DNA of 64,000 nt from Alphaproteobacteria bacterium (GCA_024402765.1 JAKSTC010000005.1:1517-65516), one strand, 5' to 3'; positions 48,472-59,098 are shown, counted from the stretch's first letter. Made by a program: numbers and translations. The notes: a model not told the origin generated them from the letters alone.

Positions 48472-49251
48472 TTAGTCCTCCCACTTTTTCCAAGGGGCTT
48501 TATTATTATCCCATAAATTGTTTAATAACTCTTTATCTCTTAACATATCCATTGGATGCCAAAATCCTTCATGTTTATAAGCTTCTAATTGATTGGCTTC
48601 TACTAATCTGTGTAATGGATCTGCTTCCCACATAACATTTTTATCATCTGGAATATATTTAAGAACATCTGGTTCACAAACAAAAAAACCACCATTAATC
48701 CAATTTCCGCCTGCTTGTGGTTTTTCTTGAAAACCGATAATACTATTATCTTTTCCAAACTCCAAAACCCCAAAACGACCAGCGGGTTGTATCGCTGTCA
48801 TTGTTACTAATTTTCCAGATTGTTTATGTTGTTCTAATAATTTGTTAATATCTATATCGGATACACCATCACCGTAAGTTAACATAAAAGGTTCTTGTCC
48901 TATATATTTTTCGGCTTTTTTTATTCTGCTTCCTGTTAATGTATTTAATCCTGTGTCTAATAATGTAACTTTCCAAGGTTCACATTTACTTGTATGTATG
49001 TTCAGTTTATTGTTTGCTAGATCTACTGTTATATCTGAATGATCTGCATAATAATCCATAAACCAGCGCTTTATCATTTGTTGTTTATAACCACACAAAA
49101 CGACAAAATCATTAAAACCATAATATGAATAAATCTTCATAATATGCCATAAAATTGGTTGTCCTCCAATTTCAACCATTGGTTTTGGTTTTAAAATTGT
49201 TTCTTCACCAAGTCTGGTTCCTAAACCACCGGCTAATATTAATACTTTCAT
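48472..49251 (-). CDS. rfbF: glucose-1-phosphate cytidylyltransferase
   Basis: MKVLILAGGLGTRLGEET..KPKPMVEIGG.PILWHIMK and GFWHPMDMLRDK, characteristic of RfbF. Confidence 0.9.
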   Translation of the reverse strand: MKVLILAGGLGTRLGEETILKPKPMVEIGGQPILWHIMKIYSYYGFNDFVVLCGYKQQMIKRWFMDYYADHSDITVDLANNKLNIHTSKCEPWKVTLLDTGLNTLTGSRIKKAEKYIGQEPFMLTYGDGVSDIDINKLLEQHKQSGKLVTMTAIQPAGRFGVLEFGKDNSIIGFQEKPQAGGNWINGGFFVCEPDVLKYIPDDKNVMWEADPLHRLVEANQLEAYKHEGFWHPMDMLRDKELLNNLWDNNKAPWKKWED

Positions 49252-50195
49252 AATTTTCTCCTTGTTTTTCTAATACCTAAAATTCTGATTCTTATATTCT
49301 GTGTTATTGGATGCTTTGTAATAGAAAACATTTTTTGCATAAAAGTAGGAGAATTATATCTTTTTAAAGAGTTATATATTTCTTTCCATACAACAGTTTT
49401 TGTAATATAATTCATACTATCTGGAAATTGTGTTAAAGTTTGTATAGGTAAAGATTTAAATAAAAACTTAATTAATGATTCGCTTTCAATATTTGTTGGT
49501 AATGTTTTGAATGCTTCGTCTAACACATCGTATGTTGATTGTTTTTGATCCAATAAGCTTATACCATGTATGGTAGAAAAATCATAAATAACATAATGAT
49601 AAAAATCATTTTTATCAACAATTACACTTTTGGCAAAAAAAACCGCTTGAATTAAAAAAAAGTTATCAGCATAAACACTTAAGTTTTTTTTGCTAAAATG
49701 TATATTGTGCGTGTATATAAAATTTCTATTAAATAGCTTGTTCCAAACAGCACCATTTTCAATAATATCAAATAGATTGTTGTTTCTAGAATCTTTTAAG
49801 GTATGTTTTATGGTTTTATCTTTATGTTCTTCAAAGTAACCACAAGTTATAATATCTGACTTATTATATTTAACCAAATTATATAAATTTTCGTAATAAT
49901 TTGAATCCACATAATCATCAGAATCACAAAAACCAATATATTCACCTCTCGCTTTTTTAAGTCCAGCATTCATAGCTTGTGAGTAACCAATGTTTTTGCT
50001 AAACTTAATAAGTTTCAAATTTTTTAAAGATGATTTATATTGAGAAATAATATTATTTGTAAATACATTACATCCATTGTCTATGATGATAAATTCTATA
50101 TCATCTAACGTTTGTTTAGATAAAGATTTTAAACATCTTTCCAAAGCAAACTTGTTTGTATTATAAACGGGCATAATAACAGAAACTTTTATCAT
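49248..50195 (-). CDS. glycosyltransferase family 2
   Basis: VSVIMPVYNT...IIDNG... and DSDDY (DxD). Confidence 0.8.
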   Translation of the reverse strand: MIKVSVIMPVYNTNKFALERCLKSLSKQTLDDIEFIIIDNGCNVFTNNIISQYKSSLKNLKLIKFSKNIGYSQAMNAGLKKARGEYIGFCDSDDYVDSNYYENLYNLVKYNKSDIITCGYFEEHKDKTIKHTLKDSRNNNLFDIIENGAVWNKLFNRNFIYTHNIHFSKKNLSVYADNFFLIQAVFFAKSVIVDKNDFYHYVIYDFSTIHGISLLDQKQSTYDVLDEAFKTLPTNIESESLIKFLFKSLPIQTLTQFPDSMNYITKTVVWKEIYNSLKRYNSPTFMQKMFSITKHPITQNIRIRILGIRKTRRKL

Positions 50196-50226
50196 TATAC
50201 ATACTCCATATTTTTCAAGCGTTTAA

Positions 50227-51093
50227 TTAATTCCACCTTATTTTTAATACAGGTATAAATTCGAACAGGTATACCCAATTGTTCTTTATTTTTATTAATG
50301 GTATTTTTCCAAATAGGCGCAACCTGAATGTTGTTTCTTGATAGACGCCTGTTTTTATGCACAATTTCCAATATTCTGGATATTTATTCCGTAATTCTGT
50401 GGTAATACAGTCCGCCACATAGCACATTTTCTCAGATTGTTTATTGCTTGTGTTTTCTGGCGAACAACGATATTTAACCAATGCTTCCTGGATATTATAT
50501 AACTCGGTCACTTCTATTAAATCTGACACTAATTTATAATCTTCCGCAGGCGAGTAATATCCCTGGTAATGAATATTGTTTTCGTCCAATACACTTTTCC
50601 TAAGCATGCACGCAGTATGCGCAAAATAGTTGTTGCGCATTAACCAAATTCGTATGTCCATATCTTTTTCAGGATGTTTTAACATAAGAATAGTGCCATC
50701 ATCAAACATTTCTTGAACCCAACTGCTGACCGCCCCGATGTATGGGTGTTCATCTAAATAATTAACCTCTTGCTCTAATCGTGTCGGTATTGAAATATCG
50801 TCATGGTCAAATATCGCCAGATATTCCCCACGCGCCATCTGTAATAACTTATTGCGCGATATTGAAATACCCATATTCTTGTCGTTTTTAGAATATTTTA
50901 TGCGTTTGTCGCGCGATGCATATTCCAGAACAATTTTTTCAATTTCTTTATTGTCTGGACTATCATTTAAAATCAAAAATTCAAAATCTGTATATGTTTG
51001 GTTTAGTATAGATTCAATACATTCGCGTAAATGCACAGGATTAGTATTATAAATCGGCGTTAATACAGATACACGTGGTGTTTTTGTTGGCAT
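50227..51093 (-). CDS. glycosyltransferase family 2
   Basis: VSVLTPIYNT, ILNDSPD and FDHDDIS. Confidence 0.8.
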   Translation of the reverse strand: MPTKTPRVSVLTPIYNTNPVHLRECIESILNQTYTDFEFLILNDSPDNKEIEKIVLEYASRDKRIKYSKNDKNMGISISRNKLLQMARGEYLAIFDHDDISIPTRLEQEVNYLDEHPYIGAVSSWVQEMFDDGTILMLKHPEKDMDIRIWLMRNNYFAHTACMLRKSVLDENNIHYQGYYSPAEDYKLVSDLIEVTELYNIQEALVKYRCSPENTSNKQSEKMCYVADCITTELRNKYPEYWKLCIKTGVYQETTFRLRLFGKIPLIKIKNNWVYLFEFIPVLKIRWN

Positions 51094-51096
51094 TGT

Positions 51097-51669
51097 TTAT
51101 TCCTTTATAACATTCAATTCAACCAGACAGCGTTTAACCGCTGGGTTGGATAAATTTAGTTTTTTGGAAATTGAATACATTGTTTCGCCAGCTGTATACA
51201 TCGACACAATCTCTGACTCGTGTCCATCCCAAACATGGGTTTTATTCTTGGTCCCCTTATGCCGACCTGCAGGAATACCATGTTCGATACGATGTCTAAC
51301 CGCTTCAAAACTTTTGTTTGATATAAAACTAAAACGGATGTCTTCATATAATCTGAATGCATCTGCAAGTTGCTTAAAATTAAACTTTTTGTCCGCGTAA
51401 TATTCACTGGTTGCAGAGTAAAAAAAGATTTTATTGTCCACAAAATAATTCATAGTTTTTTTGAGTTGCGGCCTGGTATTACCAATACACGACCACGCAT
51501 AAAACACAACAGAATCACCGGGTTTTATAACATCCAGATTAAGCATATCGGTATATGACAAAAAAGAATCTATTTTTAGGTTGTTTTTCCGGGCAAACGC
51601 ATTTATACCGTCATGTTGTTTCTGCTCTGACAGCCGGTTATGTTTCAGAAAAATTGCCCCATAAATCAT
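51097..51669 (-). CDS. divergent serine-recombinase-like protein (possibly catalytically impaired)
   Basis: From the MIYGAI start, NRLSEQKQ aligns with IRVSSNKQ of the recombinase at 63318-63917. The conserved SRLGR region is SCIGN here. C-terminal HTH-like YSISKKLNLSNPAVKRCL. The upstream 42-bp block is shared with the other recombinase. Confidence 0.6.
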   Translation of the reverse strand: MIYGAIFLKHNRLSEQKQHDGINAFARKNNLKIDSFLSYTDMLNLDVIKPGDSVVFYAWSCIGNTRPQLKKTMNYFVDNKIFFYSATSEYYADKKFNFKQLADAFRLYEDIRFSFISNKSFEAVRHRIEHGIPAGRHKGTKNKTHVWDGHESEIVSMYTAGETMYSISKKLNLSNPAVKRCLVELNVIKE

Positions 51670-51715
51670 TTGATTTCTTGTGTTTTTTTTATATTTTGTA
51701 TTTATAAAACAAACC

Positions 51716-51757
51716 AACGATTGTTTAATATGCTGGTTAATTCAAATCTATAGACAG
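51716..51757. repeat. 42-bp block conserved upstream of both recombinase genes (copy 1)
   Basis: AACGATTGTTTAATATGCTGGTTAATTCAAATCTATAGACAG matches 63959-64000 at 38 of 42 positions, in the same orientation. An extra GTTAATTCAAAT lies at about 51809-51820. Confidence 0.8.
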
Positions 51758-51867
51758 TATAAAAACCTTGTATACGCCGGTTTTCTAGTGTTTTTAATAC
51801 ATCAAACAGTTAATTCAAATTAGGAAATTTTATGTTGATTTAAACGTTGGTTTAATTTGTACCAGTT

Positions 51868-52785
51868 TTACAACAACCAAATAATGTATCCTGTATAGCA
51901 CAGCAACATACATATACCCGCCAGACGTGATATTCGCCCAAAACGACCAAACAATAACATCATCAGGGTTGCACCCGCCATTACCACAAAATCAAGTTCT
52001 ATATTACCTGGCATACGAATCGGTTGTAACATCGCCACAACACCCAATATAAACAGGGTGTTATAAATATTACTGCCCACTATGTTACCAAATGCTATTT
52101 CATTATGATGACGGATTGATGCCGCCACAGATGTCGCAATTTCTGGCAAAGATGTCCCAATTGCAACAATTGTTAAACCGATTATTGTGTCTGAAACATG
52201 AAAGATTTTTGCAATATCTATGGCTGAATTCACCAACAGGCGCGCACCAAAAATCGTCATTGCAATACCAATAATCGTTACCAACACCGCGCGCCATGTT
52301 GCCCCGGTATAAACATCCGTCTGTTCTGGCTGGGGCAGGGCGATTTCTGATTTATAACTGTACCATACATAAAACACTATTGTTGCAATCATTATCAGCC
52401 CCAGATAAAAACTTAACACGCCTGTAATCATACCAATCGCCAACAACAAACCAGACAAAACCAAAAACAAACCATCGCGTCTTAATGCCTTTTTATCCAC
52501 CAAAACCGGCGAAATTGCCGCAGTTAAACCCAAAACCAACAATATATTTGCTATATTTGACCCAATTACATTACCAACCGCCAAACCCGGGGATGGTGGT
52601 GTCTGAAATACCGCCAACACAGATGTTAATAATTCAGGCGTAGATGTTCCAAACCCAACCAAGACAATACCAATGATTAATGGCGACAACTTCATTTTCT
52701 GGGCAACATTAACCGCACCACGAACCAAAATATCACCGCCCAAGGCGAGTAATACCAACCCCAAAATCAACATTATCCAAATCAT
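51868..52785 (-). CDS. calcium/sodium antiporter (CaCA family, YrbG-like)
   Basis: Two alpha-repeats, GTSTPELLTS...GNVIGSNIANILLVLG and GTSLPEIATS...GNIVGSNIYNTLFILG. Confidence 0.87.
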   Translation of the reverse strand: MIWIMLILGLVLLALGGDILVRGAVNVAQKMKLSPLIIGIVLVGFGTSTPELLTSVLAVFQTPPSPGLAVGNVIGSNIANILLVLGLTAAISPVLVDKKALRRDGLFLVLSGLLLAIGMITGVLSFYLGLIMIATIVFYVWYSYKSEIALPQPEQTDVYTGATWRAVLVTIIGIAMTIFGARLLVNSAIDIAKIFHVSDTIIGLTIVAIGTSLPEIATSVAASIRHHNEIAFGNIVGSNIYNTLFILGVVAMLQPIRMPGNIELDFVVMAGATLMMLLFGRFGRISRLAGICMLLCYTGYIIWLL

Positions 52786-54002
52786 TATTCATACCTTAAA
52801 CTATCAATTGGGTTTAATTTTGCCGCCTTAATCGCAGGAAACACGCCCGATGCCAATCCGACAACCACCGCGACCGATACCGACAGCACAACCGGCCAAA
52901 TACTAAATGGAACATTATATCCCAATATAAAGCGACCAACACCCTGGGCCAGGCCAACACCCAAAATCAACCCCGCCATAGAGCCAATAAACGAAATCAA
53001 CACCGATTCGGATAAAAACTGAATAATTATGCTCTTTTCACGCGCACCAATTGCCTTGCGCACACCGATTTCACGCGTTCTTTCTGCCACAGAGACCAAC
53101 ATCATGTTCATAATACCAATGGAACCAACCAATAATGAAACCGCCGCAATCGCCACCAATAACAATTTAAGATAGCCCGTTACAGTGTCCATTGTTTCCA
53201 TAACCTGTTTCATATCGGTAATTTGAAAATCATCATCGTCTGTATCCTTTAAACGATGACGCTGGCGCAAAACAGATGTGATTTGCGATGTTGCAATATT
53301 ATTATCTGCATCTTGATACAATTTTAACATGATTGATTGCACAGATTGTGGAAATCTACTGCCCTGCAGGCGTTTTTTCAGGGTTGTAACCGGTATTATT
53401 ATCATATCATCCTGGGAACCCATCATCGAATCACCCTTGGCCTTGGTAACACCAATAATAACAAATGGTGTATTTTGAACACGAATTATTTGGCCTACTG
53501 AATTTTTTGGCATACCTAACTCTTCCAATGTATCAGGTCCAATAACCGCATAGGTGGAGGCGTTTTTAACCGCATTTGCATCAAAGAATGTTCCGTATTC
53601 CATTTCAACATTTTGAACAATCTGGTACGCAGGATATGCCCCAACCATTGATGTTGCCCAGTTTTTGTTTCCATATACAACCTGGGCCGAACCATTTTGC
53701 ATTGGGGTCACCGCCGCCACATCCGGCAAACGCGCCAGATATTCTGCATCATCCATAGTAAGCGTCTGTTTATTACCAGACCGCACACCCGCGGTTTGTG
53801 CCGCACCCGCACGTATAACAATCGTATTTGTCCCCAGGGATGAAAATTGGTCGGTTATAGATTGCTGAACCGTTTCACCAACCGCAACCATTATAACCAC
53901 CGCCATAACACCAATAACAATACCCAAAACGGTCAAAAAAGAACGCAGTTTGTTACCACTGATGGACAGCCAAGACTCTTTCAATATATCATTAAAAGTC
54001 AT
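52785..54002 (-). CDS. ABC transporter permease, MacB/FtsX-type
   Basis: One N-terminal TM, a large periplasmic domain and three C-terminal TM with ERTREIGVRKAIGA. Lies in an operon with an ATPase, adaptor and TolC. Confidence 0.88.
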   Translation of the reverse strand: MTFNDILKESWLSISGNKLRSFLTVLGIVIGVMAVVIMVAVGETVQQSITDQFSSLGTNTIVIRAGAAQTAGVRSGNKQTLTMDDAEYLARLPDVAAVTPMQNGSAQVVYGNKNWATSMVGAYPAYQIVQNVEMEYGTFFDANAVKNASTYAVIGPDTLEELGMPKNSVGQIIRVQNTPFVIIGVTKAKGDSMMGSQDDMIIIPVTTLKKRLQGSRFPQSVQSIMLKLYQDADNNIATSQITSVLRQRHRLKDTDDDDFQITDMKQVMETMDTVTGYLKLLLVAIAAVSLLVGSIGIMNMMLVSVAERTREIGVRKAIGAREKSIIIQFLSESVLISFIGSMAGLILGVGLAQGVGRFILGYNVPFSIWPVVLSVSVAVVVGLASGVFPAIKAAKLNPIDSLRYE

Positions 54003-54739
54003 TTGCGCCCCCTATGTTTTGGCATCAGGTCTGATTCGTGTTTTGGTATTTTGCCATCGTATGTTATGCGCCCATCGTAAATGTGTATAAGACGGTCAGA
54101 ATACTGTGCAATATCAAATTCGTGGGTAATCATTACAATTGTGATTCCTAAATCTTTATTCAATTTCTTGAAAAACTGTAAAATTTCGTTCCCCATTTTA
54201 CTATCCAATGCACCCGTCGGTTCGTCCGCCAAAATTAATTTTGGGTCGCCCGCCAGCGCGCGCGCAATCGCAACGCGTTGCTTCATACCACCAGACAACT
54301 GTGTCGGCAGATATGTTTCAAAGCCTGATAGCCCCACTAACTTTAACATCTCACGTGCACGCGAAATGCGTTCCGCCATTGGTTTACCCATATACATCAA
54401 TGGCAACATTACATTGTCCAATATATTGCGCTTTGGTAATAAATTAAAATTCTGGAAAACAAAGCCAATATAATCATTACGCACCACCGCTAATTCATCA
54501 GGTGTCATTGTGGAAATATCCTTGCCATACAGTTTGTATGTTCCACATGTTGCACTGTCCAACGCCCCGATAATATTCATACATGTTGATTTACCAGAAC
54601 CAGATGGCCCCATAATTGAAACAAATTCCCCCGGCATTACATCAAATGTTATGTCAAATAAAACCTGTTGCGTTCCACCGATTTCCAGCGGAAAACTTTT
54701 ACAGATTTTATCCATAGAAATTATTGGTACTTGCTTCAT
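53999..54739 (-). CDS. ABC transporter ATP-binding protein (MacB/LolD-type)
   Basis: Walker A GPSGSGKST, signature LSGGMKQR and Walker B LILADEPTGALD. Confidence 0.92.
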   Translation of the reverse strand: MKQVPIISMDKICKSFPLEIGGTQQVLFDITFDVMPGEFVSIMGPSGSGKSTCMNIIGALDSATCGTYKLYGKDISTMTPDELAVVRNDYIGFVFQNFNLLPKRNILDNVMLPLMYMGKPMAERISRAREMLKLVGLSGFETYLPTQLSGGMKQRVAIARALAGDPKLILADEPTGALDSKMGNEILQFFKKLNKDLGITIVMITHEFDIAQYSDRLIHIYDGRITYDGKIPKHESDLMPKHRGRK

Positions 54740-54747
54740 GTCTTTTT

Positions 54748-55992
54748 TTAGAATGGTCGCCCGCCTGGATGTCCACCAGAACGCATTGTTGCCTTTTTAT
54801 TTGTTGATTCCTGGCCCACACGACCAACGATTATTCTGTCGCCTTGTTGAATTTTATCAGAGATAATTTCTGTTTCGGTTGCGGTTACCAAACCCTTTTC
54901 ATATGGCACAAAAATCACTTCGCCATCACGCATAACCGCCAAATGACTATTTGGTGTTGCGTCACCAACATTTTCAGATACATTTGAGAAATCTTTTAAT
55001 AAAAATCCTGCATTTTGCGCCTTCCATGCACCTTCGGACGCACTAACAATAATTGTAACAAAAGCGGTCATACCGGGCATCAGGCGCAAATCTTGGTTAT
55101 CAACATCAATTACAACGGTATAAACAACAACATTTGATGTGGTTGTTGGGGACAAGCGTACCTGGCGCACAAACCCTTTAAACGTATCAATTGGATACGC
55201 ATCCACCGTAAATGTTACCGCCATACCAGATTTTATCAGACCAATATCAGCCTCTGATACTGCTGTTTCAATTTGCATTTTGGTCAAATCTTCAGCAATT
55301 TCAAACAGGTCAGGCGTTTGGAAAGATGCCGCAACCGTTTGTCCCTTATCAACCTTACGCGAAATAACCGTTCCATCAACCGGCGAAGTAATTGTCGCGT
55401 ATCCTAAATTTGTTACAGCACGGTCGTAAGAATATTGCAATTTTTTAACATTTTGTTCCGCCTGTTCATATTCTGTTTGCGATTGTTCCATCTCTGCCCG
55501 CGAAATAAAACCATCGTCATATAATGTTTTATTGCGTTCATATTGTGCTTTTTTATACGCCAACTGTGATTCTGCAGAAGTAAGTGATGCTTGGGCTTCA
55601 TCCACGCTTGATTGCAAAACAGATGGGTCAATTGTCAATAACATATCACCCTTTTTAACCGTAGAATTATAGTCCACATATATTTCATCAATTGTGCCAG
55701 ACACCTGGGATCCAACATTAACAGTATTTACCGGCATAATTTCACCGGTTGCGGTAACCGTTTGGGACAAATCACCACGTGTTATTGGAACGGTTACAAA
55801 TTCACCTTTTTTAGCACCACCACCAAAACCAAAAACTAAAAACCAGCCACCCACCAATAAAACAATTGCGAGCAAAGACCACCACTTATGACGCCACACC
55901 CAACCAAAGAACCGAACAACAAACGATTTCTTCTTTTGTGGCACAGTCACAACAACTTCTGGTGTTACTACTTGTGTTTTTTTCTTTACCAT
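54748..55992 (-). CDS. efflux periplasmic adaptor (MacA/HlyD family)
   Basis: N-terminal TM, lipoyl/barrel sandwich and coiled-coil hairpin (AQASLTSAESQLAYKKAQYERNKTLY...). Placed by operon context. Confidence 0.87.
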   Translation of the reverse strand: MVKKKTQVVTPEVVVTVPQKKKSFVVRFFGWVWRHKWWSLLAIVLLVGGWFLVFGFGGGAKKGEFVTVPITRGDLSQTVTATGEIMPVNTVNVGSQVSGTIDEIYVDYNSTVKKGDMLLTIDPSVLQSSVDEAQASLTSAESQLAYKKAQYERNKTLYDDGFISRAEMEQSQTEYEQAEQNVKKLQYSYDRAVTNLGYATITSPVDGTVISRKVDKGQTVAASFQTPDLFEIAEDLTKMQIETAVSEADIGLIKSGMAVTFTVDAYPIDTFKGFVRQVRLSPTTTSNVVVYTVVIDVDNQDLRLMPGMTAFVTIIVSASEGAWKAQNAGFLLKDFSNVSENVGDATPNSHLAVMRDGEVIFVPYEKGLVTATETEIISDKIQQGDRIIVGRVGQESTNKKATMRSGGHPGGRPF

Positions 55993-57314
55993 TATTCATC
56001 CCCCAATTCTGATTTTATATCACCAATAGCCAGCGCAACCGCGGCACGTTTTACATACAAATCATATTTTGCAGCATTATTTTGTTTTTGTGCATCAACC
56101 AATTCATTTTGCGAGGTTTGCCAATCTAGCATTGTGGCGCGTCCAACCTTGTACATACCGGACGTAACGCGTTCTGATTCGGTTGCAGATTTTAACAAAC
56201 TTTCTGTTTGTTTTAATACAGTGCGTGCTGTTTTATAATTCTGATACGCCGTAAACACATCCATCATCGCGTTGTTTGATGTATTTCTTTCTGATTCAAT
56301 CGCCGCATCATACGAAGCATTCGCACTGCGCACACCATACATATTTGCAAAGCCTGCAAATATCGGCATAGATATAGATATTCCAATTGTTCCATTTGGC
56401 GTATTTGTTTGTGGTGCACCAACGCCATATGATGTATTTTTATCCCACCCCATTGACGCATTTGCAGATATAGACGGCAAATTTTTCAGGAACGATGCAT
56501 TTCTGCGATGCCATGCCGCATCCTTGTTCGCCGCCGCCCGCAACAGGTCAGGGCGCTTTTTTTGGGCAATAGAAATTAATTCATCAATACTGTCGCTTTC
56601 TGCGTCAGATCCAAATGTTGCAGACATATCAACAATCGATATTTCCTTATCTGCCGGGAAAGACAATTTTGTTAACAAAGCCCCCTTGGCAATTTCACGA
56701 TTATTTTTTGCGCGCTCTAAGGTTAATTCCGAACCCGCCAATGTGGTTTCTGATTTATAGACATCGGCCTTGGCTACTGCGCCCGCCTTAAATTTCTTAG
56801 ACGCCATTTCATTTGCGTTTTTTGCAACATTTAACGCACTGGTTGCAGCATTAACATCAGCATCTGCCTTTAACAATTCATAATACGCGCCAACCACAGA
56901 ATAAACATAATTTTGAATTGTTTCATCATAATCAAAACCCGTTGCACGATATGTCGCCAATGATTCATTTAAATCTGCCAATCTTTTACCAAAATCAAAC
57001 AACAAATATGATGCAGATATAGATGGCCCACGATGCGACCAATCGTCGAACTGACTGCCGGCATAAGAATTACTGAACGAATAACCAATTGATGCAGATG
57101 GCAAATATGATGCGTATGACCGATTTTTATTAAAACGCGCCGCACGCAGCGATGCATACGCAGACGCTGTTTGTGGATTACGACACAGCCCCAGTTCCAC
57201 CACCTCTTGGATACTTAATTCCCTATCAGGAACATCACGCAATGTTGCACAATTTTCATCCGCCATAGCGACAACAGGCAACAATGCAAAAAGCACAGAA
57301 AACACATATTTCAT
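55992..57314 (-). CDS. TolC-family outer membrane channel
   Basis: Signal peptide, two repeat halves with coiled-coil segments (RAARFNK...YLP, LL.A.....A), 440 aa. The stop overlaps the adaptor start. Confidence 0.87.
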   Translation of the reverse strand: MKYVFSVLFALLPVVAMADENCATLRDVPDRELSIQEVVELGLCRNPQTASAYASLRAARFNKNRSYASYLPSASIGYSFSNSYAGSQFDDWSHRGPSISASYLLFDFGKRLADLNESLATYRATGFDYDETIQNYVYSVVGAYYELLKADADVNAATSALNVAKNANEMASKKFKAGAVAKADVYKSETTLAGSELTLERAKNNREIAKGALLTKLSFPADKEISIVDMSATFGSDAESDSIDELISIAQKKRPDLLRAAANKDAAWHRRNASFLKNLPSISANASMGWDKNTSYGVGAPQTNTPNGTIGISISMPIFAGFANMYGVRSANASYDAAIESERNTSNNAMMDVFTAYQNYKTARTVLKQTESLLKSATESERVTSGMYKVGRATMLDWQTSQNELVDAQKQNNAAKYDLYVKRAAVALAIGDIKSELGDE

Positions 57315-57442
57315 ACTACATTCCCTTTATATATCTATGTAATTATATCAGTTTTTATACCCAGGTCAAAACAAAATCAAATTCCTAAAAATTTTATGTT
57401 GAAATTGAAAAAAAAATTCCCTATTATGCGCATACAGTTTAT

Positions 57443-57516
57443 GGCCAGGTGGCAGAGTGGTTATGCAGAGGACTGCAAATCCTTGGATGCCGGTTCGATT
57501 CCGACCCTGGCCTCCA
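57443..57516 (+). tRNA. tRNA-Cys (anticodon GCA)
   Basis: GGCCAGGTGGCAGAGTGGTTATGCAGAGGACTGCAAATCCTTGGATGCCGGTTCGATTCCGACCCTGGCCTCCA. Anticodon loop CTGCAAA. One C-A mismatch in the T stem. Confidence 0.85.
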
Positions 57517-57526
57517 CTATTAAGTT

Positions 57527-58609
57527 ATGATTAAAAATATTATTCTGACAAATTTCCGTAATCATACTATGTCCCGCATTAAAACAGATGGGGCACAAAC
57601 AATTGTTATACTGGGGCCAAACGGATCTGGCAAAACCGCAACCATAGAGGCAATATCAATGTTATCTGGCGAACGCGGAATGCGTGGTGCAGATATGGGC
57701 GAAATTGCGCGGTTTAATGGGGATGGCTCTTTTGCTGTATATTCTGAATTAAATGACGAATCGAATGTTTCTGTATATTTTAATCCTGGTGATACAAACC
57801 GCCATGCAAAAATGGATAACGAAAATATCCCGTTATCAAATTTGGCAAATAAATTAAAAGTAGTTTGGTTAACACCAAAAGAAGATAGATTGTTTGTTGA
57901 TTCGGTATCTGACAGACGCGCTTTTTTTGATAGGCTTTGTTGTGCATTTAATAGCACGCATGCCGGTCGCGTTGCAAAACTGAATAAATTATTAACAGAA
58001 CGCGCAAATGTATTAAAAACAAAACCAGATGATTTACTGTTAAATATTTTGGACGATGATATTGCATCAACATCTGTTGCAATTTGCGATACCAGAATCG
58101 CGTATGCGGGCGCATTAAATTACTATCTCGAAAAAAACGCAATTTCACTAAATGGATTTGTTGAAGAAATGCTTATATCAGGTCTGACCCCGGGGGATAC
58201 AGAACGCAAATATCGCCAATACCTGTCCCAGACACGCGAATTAGTAGGCGACAAAATGGTAATTGATGGTCCGCACAAATCTGATTTCGGAATGGTTAAT
58301 AATATTCTGAAACTGCCTGTGAGCCTGACCAGCACTGGCCAGCAAAAAATGGCACTGTTTGATTTAATTTTAGCACATGCAAAATTATTGAAAGACAAAT
58401 CAAAGGGGGGGGCAATTATCTTACTGGACGAAGCGGTCGCACATTTGGATACCGACGCCAGACGCGAATTGTTTGAAAACCTTACCAAATGCGATGCACA
58501 AATTTGGGCAACTGGTATTGATGCAGAGATGTTTAAATTTGCAAAAAATGCAATATTTGTTACTTGCCAAAATGGGTCAATTAGTAATATAGTAAAACAC
58601 GATGTCTAA
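57527..58609 (+). CDS. recF: DNA replication and repair protein RecF
   Basis: Walker A GPNGSGKT, SMC-like signature TSTGQQKM and Walker B ILLDEAVAHLD. Confidence 0.9.
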   Translation: MIKNIILTNFRNHTMSRIKTDGAQTIVILGPNGSGKTATIEAISMLSGERGMRGADMGEIARFNGDGSFAVYSELNDESNVSVYFNPGDTNRHAKMDNENIPLSNLANKLKVVWLTPKEDRLFVDSVSDRRAFFDRLCCAFNSTHAGRVAKLNKLLTERANVLKTKPDDLLLNILDDDIASTSVAICDTRIAYAGALNYYLEKNAISLNGFVEEMLISGLTPGDTERKYRQYLSQTRELVGDKMVIDGPHKSDFGMVNNILKLPVSLTSTGQQKMALFDLILAHAKLLKDKSKGGAIILLDEAVAHLDTDARRELFENLTKCDAQIWATGIDAEMFKFAKNAIFVTCQNGSISNIVKHDV

Positions 58610-59072
58610 AATTGATTATCAATCTTTATTGGATAATGCGTTAAAATCTGTGGTTAAGGATGCGCTGGTTCACGCACAAATAAACGGACTGGGCGATGGC
58701 ACGCATTTTTACATAACATTCAAGACGCGCGATAATGGCGTGGTATTGCCAGACTTTCTGCGCATGCGTTATCCTGATTTGATGACGATTGTATTACAGT
58801 ATTCATACAATAATTTACATGTGTCCGATCGCGAATTTGGTGTTCAGTTAACTTTTGATGGTCGTCCGTTTTTTATACGCGTTCCTTTTTCTGCGTTGGT
58901 GGAATTTAAGGATCCGTCTGTTGATTTTATACTTACATTTCATCCACAACAACAACCTGTGTCGGCTGATAATGATATGGAATTACCACTGGATGAAAAG
59001 CCTGATTCCATTCCAGACGACAAACGTGTTGTTTCATTGGATGAATTTAGAAAACAAAAATCAGGTTTATAA
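58602..59072 (+). CDS. sspB: ClpXP adaptor SspB (alphaproteobacterial type)
   Basis: HFYITFKTRDNGVVLPDFLRMRYPDLMTIVLQYSYNNLHV...VPFSALVEFKDPSV closely follows the alpha-type SspB pattern (HHFYITF.T...GV.....L...YP.EMTIVLQ). Confidence 0.8.
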   Translation: MSKIDYQSLLDNALKSVVKDALVHAQINGLGDGTHFYITFKTRDNGVVLPDFLRMRYPDLMTIVLQYSYNNLHVSDREFGVQLTFDGRPFFIRVPFSALVEFKDPSVDFILTFHPQQQPVSADNDMELPLDEKPDSIPDDKRVVSLDEFRKQKSGL

Positions 59073-59098
59073 AAACGCACCATTTGGTGCGTTTTTTA

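Noticed and set aside
51097-51717. Initial impression that the second recombinase-like protein lacks the catalytic serine
   Set aside because: Re-alignment shows NRLSEQKQ aligning with IRVSSNKQ, so a serine is present. Only the SRLGR region (SCIGN) appears degenerate, so the claim was softened to possibly impaired.
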